This document shows positions 1 to 8,910 of a DNA stretch of 64,000 nucleotides, in pieces. A model generated the notes under the pieces. It saw only the letters and a list, made by a program, of their open reading frames with translations, was not told the DNA's origin and searched no databases. Origin of the DNA: Verrucomicrobiota bacterium (GTDB lineage: Bacteria; Verrucomicrobiota; Verrucomicrobiia; Limisphaerales; AAA164-E04); NCBI GenBank assembly GCA_029247315.1, contig JAQWLM010000027.1:13113-77112 (forward strand). Reading direction: 5' to 3'. Within the stretch, counting starts at the first letter, position 1. Every line of letters starts with the position of its first letter. A program made the position numbers and the translations under genes.

Positions 1-3000
1 GGTGATCATGCTGCTCATACCATCATGCGCGGTTTGGACGGTTTTATGTATTTTGTCACGGGTGATGGAGGTGGGGTTGGGGAACGTAAACATATTACAG
101 AAGATCATTCTCCGGTTCTTTTTGAGCGCAACGCATCGGTATTTCGCTTTGATCGATTTGGAGAGCAGTGGGAATGCCTTTCCACAGGTGGAAGGAATCC
201 TCCCAGCCTGGGGATGAATTACCTCGGTGAATGCTTTAGTTTTGACAGTGATATGGAGTGGCATGTTGCCTTGCCCTTTTATCGGCCTGTGCGTTTGAAT
301 CACTGGGTTGTCGGAGGTGATCAGGGATGGCAGCAGGTGGGTGCCTACCCAGCTTACTACTTAGACTGCCTGCCTCCGGTGCTCGAGGTGGGAAGAGGAT
401 CTCCCAACTGGGGTATCTTTTACGAACATGTTCAGTTTCCAAAGCCATATCGCGATGCATTCCTTGCATGTGATTATCAGTGGAAGTCTGCAAGCTCCGG
501 GAGTTATGCCAGTCCTGGGAGACTGGTTGCCTTTCATCTGGAACGAAAGGATGCTACTTGGTCGGCAGAAATGTCCGTCTTGGCCCAGCCAAAAGAAGGG
601 GCTATCCTACCCTCGGGGGAACCCATTCACTTTGCCTTGGTGGATGTGGATGTCGCCCCTGATGGGAGCCTCTTCCTTTCGGATCACAACCAGGGTATAT
701 GGAGACTTTTTTATGATGCGGGATTTGACTCGACGATGCTTCCTCCCATGGTTCGTCCTTCGAGAGGGGAGGGTCCTGAAGAAAATTCTCCTCTGGATGC
801 CATTCTGAAATTACCTCAACCGATGGCAGAATGGAGCCGATTACAGGAGCAAGATCTTTTTGCGCTGGATGATGCAAAAATGGTGCGTGCATTGAAAACG
901 GTTTCTTTGGATGATACGCTCAACCTGCGCCGAAGATTGCGTGCCATACGTCTGTTGGCTCCGCGATTCCGCTCCCTCCCCACAACCTTCGTCTCGACAC
1001 TTGCCTTGGATGCATTTCCGGAAATACGGGGACAGGCTGCCTGGTTGATGGGCCTGCGACAGCAGCCAACGGAACGTGTGACCCGTGTGCATCTGCTTGA
1101 AGATTCAGATCCATTTGTCAGGAGACGTGCTGCGGAGTCTTTCAACCGCTCTGTTGAAAAAGTGACCATTTCACATCTCCGGGAGCTCCTCAACGATGCC
1201 GACCGCTATGTGCGGTATTCAGCGATGACCGCATTGGCGCATTACTCCACCGCTGAAATAGTTGCTGCCATGGATTCCAGTTTGCATCCCCGTATCTTGA
1301 TGCGCATGCTCGTTGCTACTGATATTCGTCGTGAACGTGCTTCGCAGCATGTGGTTCAAACGATGGCAACCCCATTGCTTGCGTGGTCCATGAAATCTCC
1401 TGAGGAAAGACAGGATACGCTGGACCTGCTTCGGGTTCTGGGTTTATTCCGTAAAGAACTTCAGTCCTCCAAGCCAATCGTCCAAGCTATCCAACAGAGG
1501 CTCGTTGATCTGTTCACATCTGCCTCAGACAGGTTGATTCGATGGGAGAGCGCACGCCTGCTCGGGGAGTACGATGTGGGGGATGGCTTTGCACTGCTGC
1601 TTGATGCCTTGGAGGTTGAGAAGGATGGTGTGACTCAATTTCATTTTGCAGAGGCGCTTTCCAGGATCCGTCGGGGTTTTCATCCCGGTGATAGTCGTCG
1701 TTTTATTAAGTGGATTCAATCAACCCAAAAAGGTTGGTTTGCAGATCTAGATGGCAAAGGTCGCCAGTTCAGTGGATTCTGGAGCTCGGTCATGGCGCGG
1801 GTGGCCGGGCATCATTCCACGGCCCTGCTTGACCTGGCCGATGGACTGGAACCCGATAGCCTGTTAAGTTCCATTGCTCTGGATGCGATCAAGGATCTCC
1901 CGGGTGCTGAGCGTGTCCTGCTCCAGTCTCTTCATTCTGCCAGCACTCAGCAACAGAAGTACAAAGTTCTACGCATCCTTCAGGGGGTCAGGAGCCCATT
2001 GATTGCACCTGCCCTTATCGAGGCTTATGACGCCAGCGAGGATCCGATCTACCGGGCCCAGCTAATCATCACCTTGAGCGCCCAGCCCATACCGGAAGCA
2101 CGTCAGAACTTGTTCCTGAAGGCCCTGATGGAACTTGACCAGGACTTGGCCATTGAGCCATGTGCCGACCGAATCATCCAGGATGGTCTTGTGGCTTCCC
2201 AAGTGGCGCAGGTGCGCTATCGAGGTTATGAGGGAACCCAGGCGGTGGGGTTCAGATGCATGGAACTCATGACATTGCATCCCAAAAGAATCCGACCCAT
2301 TGAGCGCATGCTTCAAGCCATTGCCGGGGTTCGTAGACCGGATAGTTTACCTGAATTACAATGCATCTGGATTTCTGATCAGCAGATTGCCGATGAACGT
2401 GCTTGGTTCAGCAAGGTTTTCCATGTGCCTGAGCCTCCCGGGGAAGGGCGATTGATCATTACCTGTGACAATGCCTTTGTTGCTTACCTGAACGGCAAGG
2501 AAATAGGCAGGGATGTCTCCTGGGAAAGCGTCGAGGTTCTCGATCTGCCTACAAACCTCAAACAGGGCCGTAATGTGATTGCCATTGCCGGCCTCAATCA
2601 TGGGGGACCCGCCGGCCTTGCAGCGGTCTTACGCTGGACGACTCAGGATGGTTCCATGCGTGCATTGGCCACCGATGGAACCTGGCGCGTCACCGGGAGG
2701 CAGCCCGATCCCCGTTGGCAATTTGAACCACAGGCTGGGATCGCATGGCGTCCGGGCGTTAATGTGAGTCAAGCCACGGAGAATGTCATGAAGGTCATGG
2801 CTCCCTTTGTGTCCAATCAGGCTGCATCGAGCACTGAAGAGGTAATAGAATGGTGGCAGGATTGGTATCGCTTATCCTTCCACCAGCCTTATGTTCCAGT
2901 GCAAACCGTTGCCAGGATTCATCCAAGGAGCAATCATTTGCTCAGGAAAATGCTGCTTGAGATGAACGCATTCAACGGGAATCCTGCGCAAGGGCGGCAG

Positions 3001-3393
3001 GTTTACCTCAAGGCGGGTTGCTTTGCTTGTCATGGGGGAACGGGCGTGAACAAGGGAACCCTGTTCGGACCGGCTCTCACCGGTGTCACTCAGCGCCTGA
3101 ATCGGGAGGAACTTGCCGATGCGATCGTCTACCCTTCCAAACAGGTTGCTGAACGCTTCAAGGCGACCCAGGTCACCTTGAAGGATGGTCAAGTGCTTGA
3201 TGGGTTTCTTACGGGTGAGACTGATGAGCTCATCTCAGTGACCGACTTGTCAAATCGTGTTACCCAGGTTCCTAAATCCGAGATTCTGGCAATGAAGGCC
3301 CAGGACAGCTCGCTGATGCCTGAAATGCTCCTTAATGGTTTTAGCGAATCAGAAATACTTGATCTGATGACATTCATTCATCAGTTCAAGTAA
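1..3393 (+). CDS. PVC-type heme-binding CxxCH protein with HEAT-like repeats and a jelly-roll (galactose-binding-like) module; 5' end cut by window edge
   Basis: Frame 1 is open from base 1 (GDHAAHTIMRGLDGFMYFVTGDGGG), so the ATG at 25 is probably internal. There are HEAT-like repeats (DPFVRRRAAESF, DRYVRYSAMTAL). An internal segment, RLIITCDNAFVAYLNGKEIG...GLNHGGPAGL, resembles sugar-binding jelly rolls. The C-terminus (GCFACHGG...FGPALTGV...SSLMPE...LDLMTFI) fits the TIGRFAMs 'putative heme-binding domain, Pirellula/Verrucomicrobium type'. Confidence 0.75.
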   Translation, partial: GDHAAHTIMRGLDGFMYFVTGDGGGVGERKHITEDHSPVLFERNASVFRFDRFGEQWECLSTGGRNPPSLGMNYLGECFSFDSDMEWHVALPFYRPVRLNHWVVGGDQGWQQVGAYPAYYLDCLPPVLEVGRGSPNWGIFYEHVQFPKPYRDAFLACDYQWKSASSGSYASPGRLVAFHLERKDATWSAEMSVLAQPKEGAILPSGEPIHFALVDVDVAPDGSLFLSDHNQGIWRLFYDAGFDSTMLPPMVRPSRGEGPEENSPLDAILKLPQPMAEWSRLQEQDLFALDDAKMVRALKTVSLDDTLNLRRRLRAIRLLAPRFRSLPTTFVSTLALDAFPEIRGQAAWLMGLRQQPTERVTRVHLLEDSDPFVRRRAAESFNRSVEKVTISHLRELLNDADRYVRYSAMTALAHYSTAEIVAAMDSSLHPRILMRMLVATDIRRERASQHVVQTMATPLLAWSMKSPEERQDTLDLLRVLGLFRKELQSSKPIVQAIQQRLVDLFTSASDRLIRWESARLLGEYDVGDGFALLLDALEVEKDGVTQFHFAEALSRIRRGFHPGDSRRFIKWIQSTQKGWFADLDGKGRQFSGFWSSVMARVAGHHSTALLDLADGLEPDSLLSSIALDAIKDLPGAERVLLQSLHSASTQQQKYKVLRILQGVRSPLIAPALIEAYDASEDPIYRAQLIITLSAQPIPEARQNLFLKALMELDQDLAIEPCADRIIQDGLVASQVAQVRYRGYEGTQAVGFRCMELMTLHPKRIRPIERMLQAIAGVRRPDSLPELQCIWISDQQIADERAWFSKVFHVPEPPGEGRLIITCDNAFVAYLNGKEIGRDVSWESVEVLDLPTNLKQGRNVIAIAGLNHGGPAGLAAVLRWTTQDGSMRALATDGTWRVTGRQPDPRWQFEPQAGIAWRPGVNVSQATENVMKVMAPFVSNQAASSTEEVIEWWQDWYRLSFHQPYVPVQTVARIHPRSNHLLRKMLLEMNAFNGNPAQGRQVYLKAGCFACHGGTGVNKGTLFGPALTGVTQRLNREELADAIVYPSKQVAERFKATQVTLKDGQVLDGFLTGETDELISVTDLSNRVTQVPKSEILAMKAQDSSLMPEMLLNGFSESEILDLMTFIHQFK

Positions 3394-3420
3394 TACACCT
3401 GTGGGTTGGGGAGGTGAACT

Positions 3421-5841
3421 CTATCGGATTTCTGCTCCCAGTTCTTTCCTGAGCTGTGCAACAATCTGGTCGTGAGCCTTGTTTACCTCTGCATCCGTGA
3501 GTGTTTTCTCGGTGTCTCGGTAAATGAAGGTGTAGGCCACACTTTTCTGCCCCGTGGGAACGTTTTTTCCACGGAAAATGTCGAAGACCTCCACAGAATT
3601 GAGCTGTTTGACCCTGGCCTTCTTGACTGCCCTATGAATTTCCACGTGCGTGGTCGTCTCACCCACGAGCATGGCGACGTCTCGTCGAACGGCAGGGAAA
3701 GACGGGATGGCTTGAAATGAGCGGGATCTGACCCTCATGGCAAGAAGTCGATCGAGATCAAGTTCTGCAAGAAAAACAGACTCCTTGATGTCATACGCGC
3801 GTGCGATGATGGGCATCAGTTGCCCCATCGTTCCGAGTACGTTTTTACCGAGGCATAGGGATGCCTTTTCGACCAAAAGGGCATCCTCTTCACAGCTTTC
3901 GCTGCGCCAGGAAAATCCCCTGATTCCGAATGTATCGAGAAATGTATCCAGCAGCCCCTTGAGGTCAAACACATCCAGTTTTTCCGGTTTGCTGCCTCCT
4001 TTCCAGAATCCCAGGCATCTGTTCCCTGTCCATGCCACCCCGATTCTCAGGGATTCAACGGGGTCAGAAGCTGCCTGGAGAAACACACGACCTAATTCAA
4101 AGATGGCAACGTCATTATTACGGTGATTGACATTGTGCTGGAGGACGTCCAGCAGGCCTGGCAGCAGGCTTGGTCGAAGCACATTCATGTCAGAACTCAG
4201 CGGATGTTCCAAGGGCACGAAGGCGGGACTGACACGGGATGCAGCACTTTCTGAGATAAGGGTCTGGCCTTGCGTCTCAAACAGGCCCAGTGCCGTCAAA
4301 AGTCGTCGCGCTTCCATGAGCTGGTCATGCATTGGGTCAAAGGCATTGGCACCGTGTCCCCCGCGGGGCGGTGTTGAGGGGATTTTATCGACGCCATGGA
4401 GACGCACTATTTCCTCGATCAAGTCCGTTTCGCGTTTCAGGTCTACCCGATAGGTAGGAACCTGGAAACGGCATGAGTTTGTGTCACTTTCGATGCTGAC
4501 CAGATGGATGGATTCCAGATATTGCTTTTGCGTTTCGGCGGCTATGGTGATGCCGAGCAGTTGATTGGTCTTCTCGTAGCGCAGGCAGATGGTATGCGGA
4601 TCTTTTTTTCCAGGGTAGATATCCACAGAGCCGCTGCAGAGTTGGCCCCCTGCGGTTTGCAGTATTAATTGTGCGGCCCGGCGGCTGGCCCAGTCGCAGA
4701 TGGCAATATCCGCTCCCCGTTCGAAACGGTAGGATGCGTCTGTGCGGATATCCAGTTGCTTGGAAGTACGTCTTATATTGGTTGAATGGAAGCAGGCACT
4801 CTCAAGAAGAACGTCTACGGTTTTGTCATTGATCTCGGTATTCAGTCCACCCATGACGCCCGCCAGTGCGATCCCCTGCGTTTCGTCGGCGATCAGCAGC
4901 ATTTGATCATCCAGTTCATGGGACTTATCATCCAGTGTGGTGAAGGTTTCCTTCTCCAGGGCCCTGCGCACGACCACTGTCGGAAGGTGATCACCTTTGC
5001 CCTTAACCAGGTTCAGGTCAAAGGCATGTAAGGGCTGTCCTGTTTCCAACATGACGAAATTGGTCACGTCCACGACATTGTTGATGCTGCGAAGCCCCAC
5101 TTTTTCAAGTGCTATACGAAGCCACGATGGGCTGGGGGCTATTTGGATGCCCCGAATGACTCTGGCCTGATAGCGAGGGCATTTTTCGGGATCCTCGACG
5201 CGCACGTTTATCAGGTCTTTCACTGGTTTACCCTCTTCGGTGAAATCCATCTCAGGCCACCGAAGTGGGTTGCCCGTGAGTGCGGCGATCTCGCGCGCGA
5301 TGCCCATGACACTGTTGTAATCCGGGCGGTTGGGTGTGACTTCCAGATCCAGTACCACGTCTTTTTCGGCGCAGCCAAGGTGTTCTGCGAGCCCCTGTCC
5401 CACGGTGGCATTTGGCTCAAGGATCATGAGTCCGTCCGAGTCCTCGGTAACACCGAGTTCCGCGCCGGAGCACATCATGCCGCAGGATTCCACGCCACGC
5501 AGTTTGCCCACCTTGATGGTAAATGGTTTTTCTCCCGGTTTGGCAGGTAGCGAACTGCCGGGTAGGATCAATGGGACCTTGTCCCCCACCTTGAAATTTT
5601 TGGCACCGCAGACGATCTGTCGTTGGCCGTCCCCGTCGGCAACCTGGCAAACGGAAAGCTTGTCTGCATCCGGGTGCGCCTTGGAATCCAGAACCTCGGC
5701 GACGACAATACCCTCGAAACCGCCACCGACGGTTTCTGTTCCTTCAACTTCAAGGCCGAGCATGGTCAGGCGCTCGGTGAGCTCATCGACCGACCAGTCA
5801 AAATCTACATACTTTTTTAAACCCTTAACCGTGACTTTCAT
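3421..5841 (-). CDS. pheT: phenylalanine--tRNA ligase beta subunit
   Basis: Full-length PheT-like sequence (MKVTVKGLKKYVDFDWSVDELTERLTMLGLEVEG..., B3/4 and B5 regions, C-terminal FDIFRGKNVPTGQKSVAYTFIYR). I verified an ATG at 5839-5841, 14 nt downstream of the pheS stop. The track's 43-codon N-terminal extension would overlap pheS and was dropped. Confidence 0.95.
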   Translation of the reverse strand: MKVTVKGLKKYVDFDWSVDELTERLTMLGLEVEGTETVGGGFEGIVVAEVLDSKAHPDADKLSVCQVADGDGQRQIVCGAKNFKVGDKVPLILPGSSLPAKPGEKPFTIKVGKLRGVESCGMMCSGAELGVTEDSDGLMILEPNATVGQGLAEHLGCAEKDVVLDLEVTPNRPDYNSVMGIAREIAALTGNPLRWPEMDFTEEGKPVKDLINVRVEDPEKCPRYQARVIRGIQIAPSPSWLRIALEKVGLRSINNVVDVTNFVMLETGQPLHAFDLNLVKGKGDHLPTVVVRRALEKETFTTLDDKSHELDDQMLLIADETQGIALAGVMGGLNTEINDKTVDVLLESACFHSTNIRRTSKQLDIRTDASYRFERGADIAICDWASRRAAQLILQTAGGQLCSGSVDIYPGKKDPHTICLRYEKTNQLLGITIAAETQKQYLESIHLVSIESDTNSCRFQVPTYRVDLKRETDLIEEIVRLHGVDKIPSTPPRGGHGANAFDPMHDQLMEARRLLTALGLFETQGQTLISESAASRVSPAFVPLEHPLSSDMNVLRPSLLPGLLDVLQHNVNHRNNDVAIFELGRVFLQAASDPVESLRIGVAWTGNRCLGFWKGGSKPEKLDVFDLKGLLDTFLDTFGIRGFSWRSESCEEDALLVEKASLCLGKNVLGTMGQLMPIIARAYDIKESVFLAELDLDRLLAMRVRSRSFQAIPSFPAVRRDVAMLVGETTTHVEIHRAVKKARVKQLNSVEVFDIFRGKNVPTGQKSVAYTFIYRDTEKTLTDAEVNKAHDQIVAQLRKELGAEIR

Positions 5842-5855
5842 CAGAGCTCCTCTTC

Positions 5856-6863
5856 CTAAAATTGATTCAGAAAACGCAGGTCGTTCTCGTAAAATAGTCG
5901 AATGTCGTTGATGCCATAACGGATCATGGCAATGCGTTCGATGCCGAATCCAAAGGCCCAACCGGACCATGTTTCAGGGTCATAGCCTACATTTTCAAAA
6001 ACCCCCGGGTGTACCATCCCGCAACCCGCAATTTCGAGCCATTCCTTGCCCATCTTACGGGTCAGAGCACTGGAAAAATCAATTTCAAGGCTGGGCTCAG
6101 TATAGGAAAAATAATGGGGGCGAAAACGTAGTTTGACATCCTTGCCGAGTAATTCCCTGAAGACAAATTCCACGGTGCCTTTGAGATCTGCTAGCGTAAC
6201 CCCGCGGTCTACATATAATCCCTCGATTTGGTGAAAGGTGGGATTGTGTGTCGCATCTGCCGTATCGCGGCGATAAACCCTTCCGGGGACAATGATGCGA
6301 ATGGGCGGTTGCTGCTCTTCCATGACCCTGATCTGGACCGATGAGGTGTGTGTTCGAAGGAGTGGGCGTTCAGGAGTTTTAAGATAAAACGTGTCCTGGC
6401 TATCGCGTGCTGGATGGTCTGCTGGGGTGTTCAGTGCATCAAAGCAATGGTGTTCGTCCTCCACCTCTGGACCATCGGCAACGACAAACCCGATCTTGCG
6501 AAAACTGCGGATGATGTCCTCGGTGACAAGCGTCAATGGATGGAGTTTTCCGAGATGACGGCGGCGACCGGGAAGGGTGAAGTCCGTGGGTTCGGCAGGA
6601 AGACAGGCTTGCAGTTCAAGCGTTTCCTTTTTTGAGTTCAGGACCCCTTCAAGCTTTTTCTTGGCGATGTTGATCTGCTTGCCGGCTTCAGGTCGCTCCT
6701 CCTTGGGAATGGAGCCCATTTGTCGGAGGAGGGCAGTGAATTGTCCGTTCAGACCCAGATACCTTACCCGAGCCTTGTCCAGCTCCGCCAGATGGGAGGC
6801 ATTTTCCAGAGCCTGCAGGGCCTCTTGGGTCAGCGGCTCGATTTGCTCAAGAATTCCAGGCAT
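5856..6863 (-). CDS. pheS: phenylalanine--tRNA ligase alpha subunit
   Basis: Class II aaRS motifs are present (HPLT...FRKIGF, RTHTSSVQIR, GRVYRRD, GWAFGFGIERIAMIRYGI). The gene sits immediately upstream of pheT. Confidence 0.95.
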   Translation of the reverse strand: MPGILEQIEPLTQEALQALENASHLAELDKARVRYLGLNGQFTALLRQMGSIPKEERPEAGKQINIAKKKLEGVLNSKKETLELQACLPAEPTDFTLPGRRRHLGKLHPLTLVTEDIIRSFRKIGFVVADGPEVEDEHHCFDALNTPADHPARDSQDTFYLKTPERPLLRTHTSSVQIRVMEEQQPPIRIIVPGRVYRRDTADATHNPTFHQIEGLYVDRGVTLADLKGTVEFVFRELLGKDVKLRFRPHYFSYTEPSLEIDFSSALTRKMGKEWLEIAGCGMVHPGVFENVGYDPETWSGWAFGFGIERIAMIRYGINDIRLFYENDLRFLNQF

Positions 6864-6900
6864 GATGGTGTCGTCTTGAAAGATTTACTGAATGTTTCTG

Positions 6901-6944
6901 CACAAAACAAACCAACCGGACGTCCAATATAGGCCGTCCGGTTG
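6901..6944 (-). terminator. intrinsic terminator-like hairpin between rplT and pheS
   Basis: On the minus strand, CAACCGGACG (12-nt loop) CGTCCGGTTG forms a perfect 10-bp GC-rich stem. It is followed by GTTTGTTTTGTG. It lies about 50 nt after the rplT stop and about 40 nt before the pheS ATG. Confidence 0.6.
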
Positions 6945-6996
6945 ATTCAAATGCGATGCAAGGAACGATTGTCGTGTTGATCCTGTGTCGAATCAA

Positions 6997-7362
6997 TCAG
7001 GCAGCCTTTGCCTTCAAACCGTCTTGCGCACGTTTTACAAGCTCCGTAAAGGCAACAGTATCCGTTGCCGCAAGGTCGGCCAGAGCCTTGCGATTAAGGT
7101 CTACCTTAGCGGCTTTAAGTCCCTCGATGAAACGGCTGTAACTCATACCGGCAGCCCGGGCTGCTGCGTTGATTCGGATCTGCCACAGGCGCCGGAAATC
7201 ACGTTTTCTGTTGCGACGATCGCGGTAGGCATATTGACGGCCATGGTCCAGAGCGTCGGCGGCATAGCGGTAAAGCTTTGACCGACGTAAACGGAAACCC
7301 TTGGTGGCCAGCAATACGCGTTTTCGGCGTTTGCGGGATGCGACTGCATTTGTAACTCTCAT
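6997..7362 (-). CDS. rplT: 50S ribosomal protein L20
   Basis: Canonical L20 sequence (RKRRKRVLLATKGFRLRRSKLYRYA...YRDRRNRKRDFRRLWQIRINAAAR). Confidence 0.97.
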   Translation of the reverse strand: MRVTNAVASRKRRKRVLLATKGFRLRRSKLYRYAADALDHGRQYAYRDRRNRKRDFRRLWQIRINAAARAAGMSYSRFIEGLKAAKVDLNRKALADLAATDTVAFTELVKRAQDGLKAKAA

Positions 7363-7401
7363 GGTGCGCTGCTTCTAGGTTGTGCTTCGTTCAAGGTTGG
7401 G

Positions 7402-7611
7402 CTAGTGGCTGAACGGAAGGTTGGTGATCACGCGCTTGTAATCCGATTTATCCAATTCTACCGACTTGCCGAGCCTTCGGCGGCGCTTCGGGCTCTTGCA
7501 TGAAAGCAAGTGGCGTTTGCCGGAATGATTGCGCATCACCTTACCCGTACCGGTGATCTTGAACCGTTTGGCTACTGCTTTCCTCGTTTTTGCTCCTCTT
7601 GCTCGACGCAT
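7402..7611 (-). CDS. rpmI: 50S ribosomal protein L35
   Basis: L35-like basic protein (AKRFKITGTGKVMRNHSGKRHLL..KRRRRL). The track start at 7620 is TTG; a verified ATG at 7609-7611 gives MRRARGAKT.... Confidence 0.9.
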   Translation of the reverse strand: MRRARGAKTRKAVAKRFKITGTGKVMRNHSGKRHLLSCKSPKRRRRLGKSVELDKSDYKRVITNLPFSH

Positions 7612-7644
7612 AATATTCAATACTCCAAATTCAAAAGAGCGGCA

Positions 7645-7673
7645 ACTATAAGGACCGTGTGATTCACTTGCAA
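7645..7673 (-). promoter_or_regulatory. sigma70-type promoter candidate for rpmI-rplT
   Basis: The minus strand reads TTGCAA-17 nt-TATAGT. The -10 element ends about 33 nt upstream of the rpmI ATG. This is a hexamer match only, with no experimental support. Confidence 0.45.
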
Positions 7674-7888
7674 GCGGGAATTTTTAAAAACATGGCTTTC
7701 ATTCCTATCTTGGGCATTGGAGGTCTACTCGGTCTCTGGCTCAGTGTTGATCGTCCCTCCGTTATGCGTTTATGGCGGGCAGTGTCATGCTCAGGCCCGC
7801 CAATATCGAAGGGATTCATGGGTGCATCAATCCATTCAGGCCTCAGGATTAGTATGGACGATTGTGAAATTCCGCCGAGATTACCCGA

Positions 7889-8875
7889 TCATGTCTGTCG
7901 GCCATGTCGCCACTTGTCCAGACCGACAGCCAAGATGATGACGATACCAATGATGATCTCCTGCATATAAGTGGGCCAGTTCATCTGGCTGGAACCACTC
8001 TTGAGAACACCCATGATCAGGGCTCCCAGGATGGTTCCAGAAATGCTGCCCGATCCACCACTCAGGCTGGCGCCACCAATGACAACGGCCGCAATAATCT
8101 CGAGTTCCAAACCGATCGCCACGGTGGGATCCCCCTGGGTGAGGCGAGAGTATTGCATGAGTCCTGCCAAGCCGAAAAAGAATCCCGCGAGGGTATAGAT
8201 CATGATTTTGTTGAATCTTACCCGAATGCCGCACAGGCGGGCGGTGTCCTCGTTGGATCCGATAGCAAAAACATAACGACCGAAAACCGAGTATTTCATC
8301 ACCACTATCATCAGCAGGGCCAGGATCATGGTTATCCATACGCCGAGAGGCAGGGGCCAGAGGGCCAGGGGATTGACCGGTTCCATGATACGGTTCAGGG
8401 GATTTTCTTCCGGGTTGACAGTCTGGTTATTGGCCATCCACTTTGCGGCACCACGAGCGATACCCATCATGCCAAGGGTCACGATGAAAGGGACCATCCT
8501 GAAACCGGCAATGATACTTCCGTTAATGGCTCCGATGCAACCACCGGCAAGAATGGTCAGCAGAATGGCTGTTGCTGGATGAAAATCCTGAATCAGCAGA
8601 TTGCCTGCAACCACGCTGCTCAGGGCGACAACGGATCCGGCGCTCAGGTCGATGCCACCACTCACGATGATCAGGGTCATTCCAAGCGCTCCTGTTGCCA
8701 CGATGACAGTCTGGGTGAGTATGAGTTTTGCATTGCCTCCAGTGAAAAATACGGGGCGTAGCTCTGGGCTTAGGGAAAAAAGTGCAATAACCAGCATTAA
8801 CCCGAACAGAGGGCCAAAGGCGTTGAGAAATTGTTTCCAGTTGAATTGAACGGATGAGTCCTTTGCTGATGCCAT
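7889..8875 (-). CDS. sugar ABC transporter permease (RbsC/AraH-type)
   Basis: Multi-TM protein with GGIDLSAGSVVALSSVV and GGASLSGGSGSISGTILGALIMG motifs typical of ribose-family permeases. I chose the ATG at 8873-8875 (MASAKDS...) because the longer track ORF overlaps the ATPase gene. Confidence 0.85.
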   Translation of the reverse strand: MASAKDSSVQFNWKQFLNAFGPLFGLMLVIALFSLSPELRPVFFTGGNAKLILTQTVIVATGALGMTLIIVSGGIDLSAGSVVALSSVVAGNLLIQDFHPATAILLTILAGGCIGAINGSIIAGFRMVPFIVTLGMMGIARGAAKWMANNQTVNPEENPLNRIMEPVNPLALWPLPLGVWITMILALLMIVVMKYSVFGRYVFAIGSNEDTARLCGIRVRFNKIMIYTLAGFFFGLAGLMQYSRLTQGDPTVAIGLELEIIAAVVIGGASLSGGSGSISGTILGALIMGVLKSGSSQMNWPTYMQEIIIGIVIILAVGLDKWRHGRQT

Positions 8876-8910
8876 GCTTGTCTTTTTTTTGGGGGTCAGT
8901 GGTCTTTTTT

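Noticed and set aside
5842-5970. 43-codon N-terminal extension of the pheT ORF in the track.
   Set aside because: It overlaps the 3' end of pheS in another frame. The canonical PheT N-terminus MKVTVKGLKKY starts at a verified ATG at 5841.
7774-7801. GGCGGGC-14 nt-GCCCGCC hairpin after the ABC permease gene, considered as a terminator feature.
   Set aside because: No U-tract on the minus strand and a long unstructured loop. I mention it only in the rpmI finding.
7904-8761. 285-aa plus-strand ORF, along with similar long antisense ORFs: 5330-5911 (+), 44129-44728 (+), 55656-56240 (-), 57420-58007 (-), 60758-61315 (-), 62113-62688 (-), 51360-51914 (-).
   Set aside because: Each lies entirely opposite a gene with unmistakable conserved motifs (ABC permease, pheT, oxidoreductase, rpoC, fusA, rplC/rplD, rpoB). 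Their translations are low-complexity (Gly/Arg/His/Ser-rich) with no family resemblance. They are shadow ORFs.
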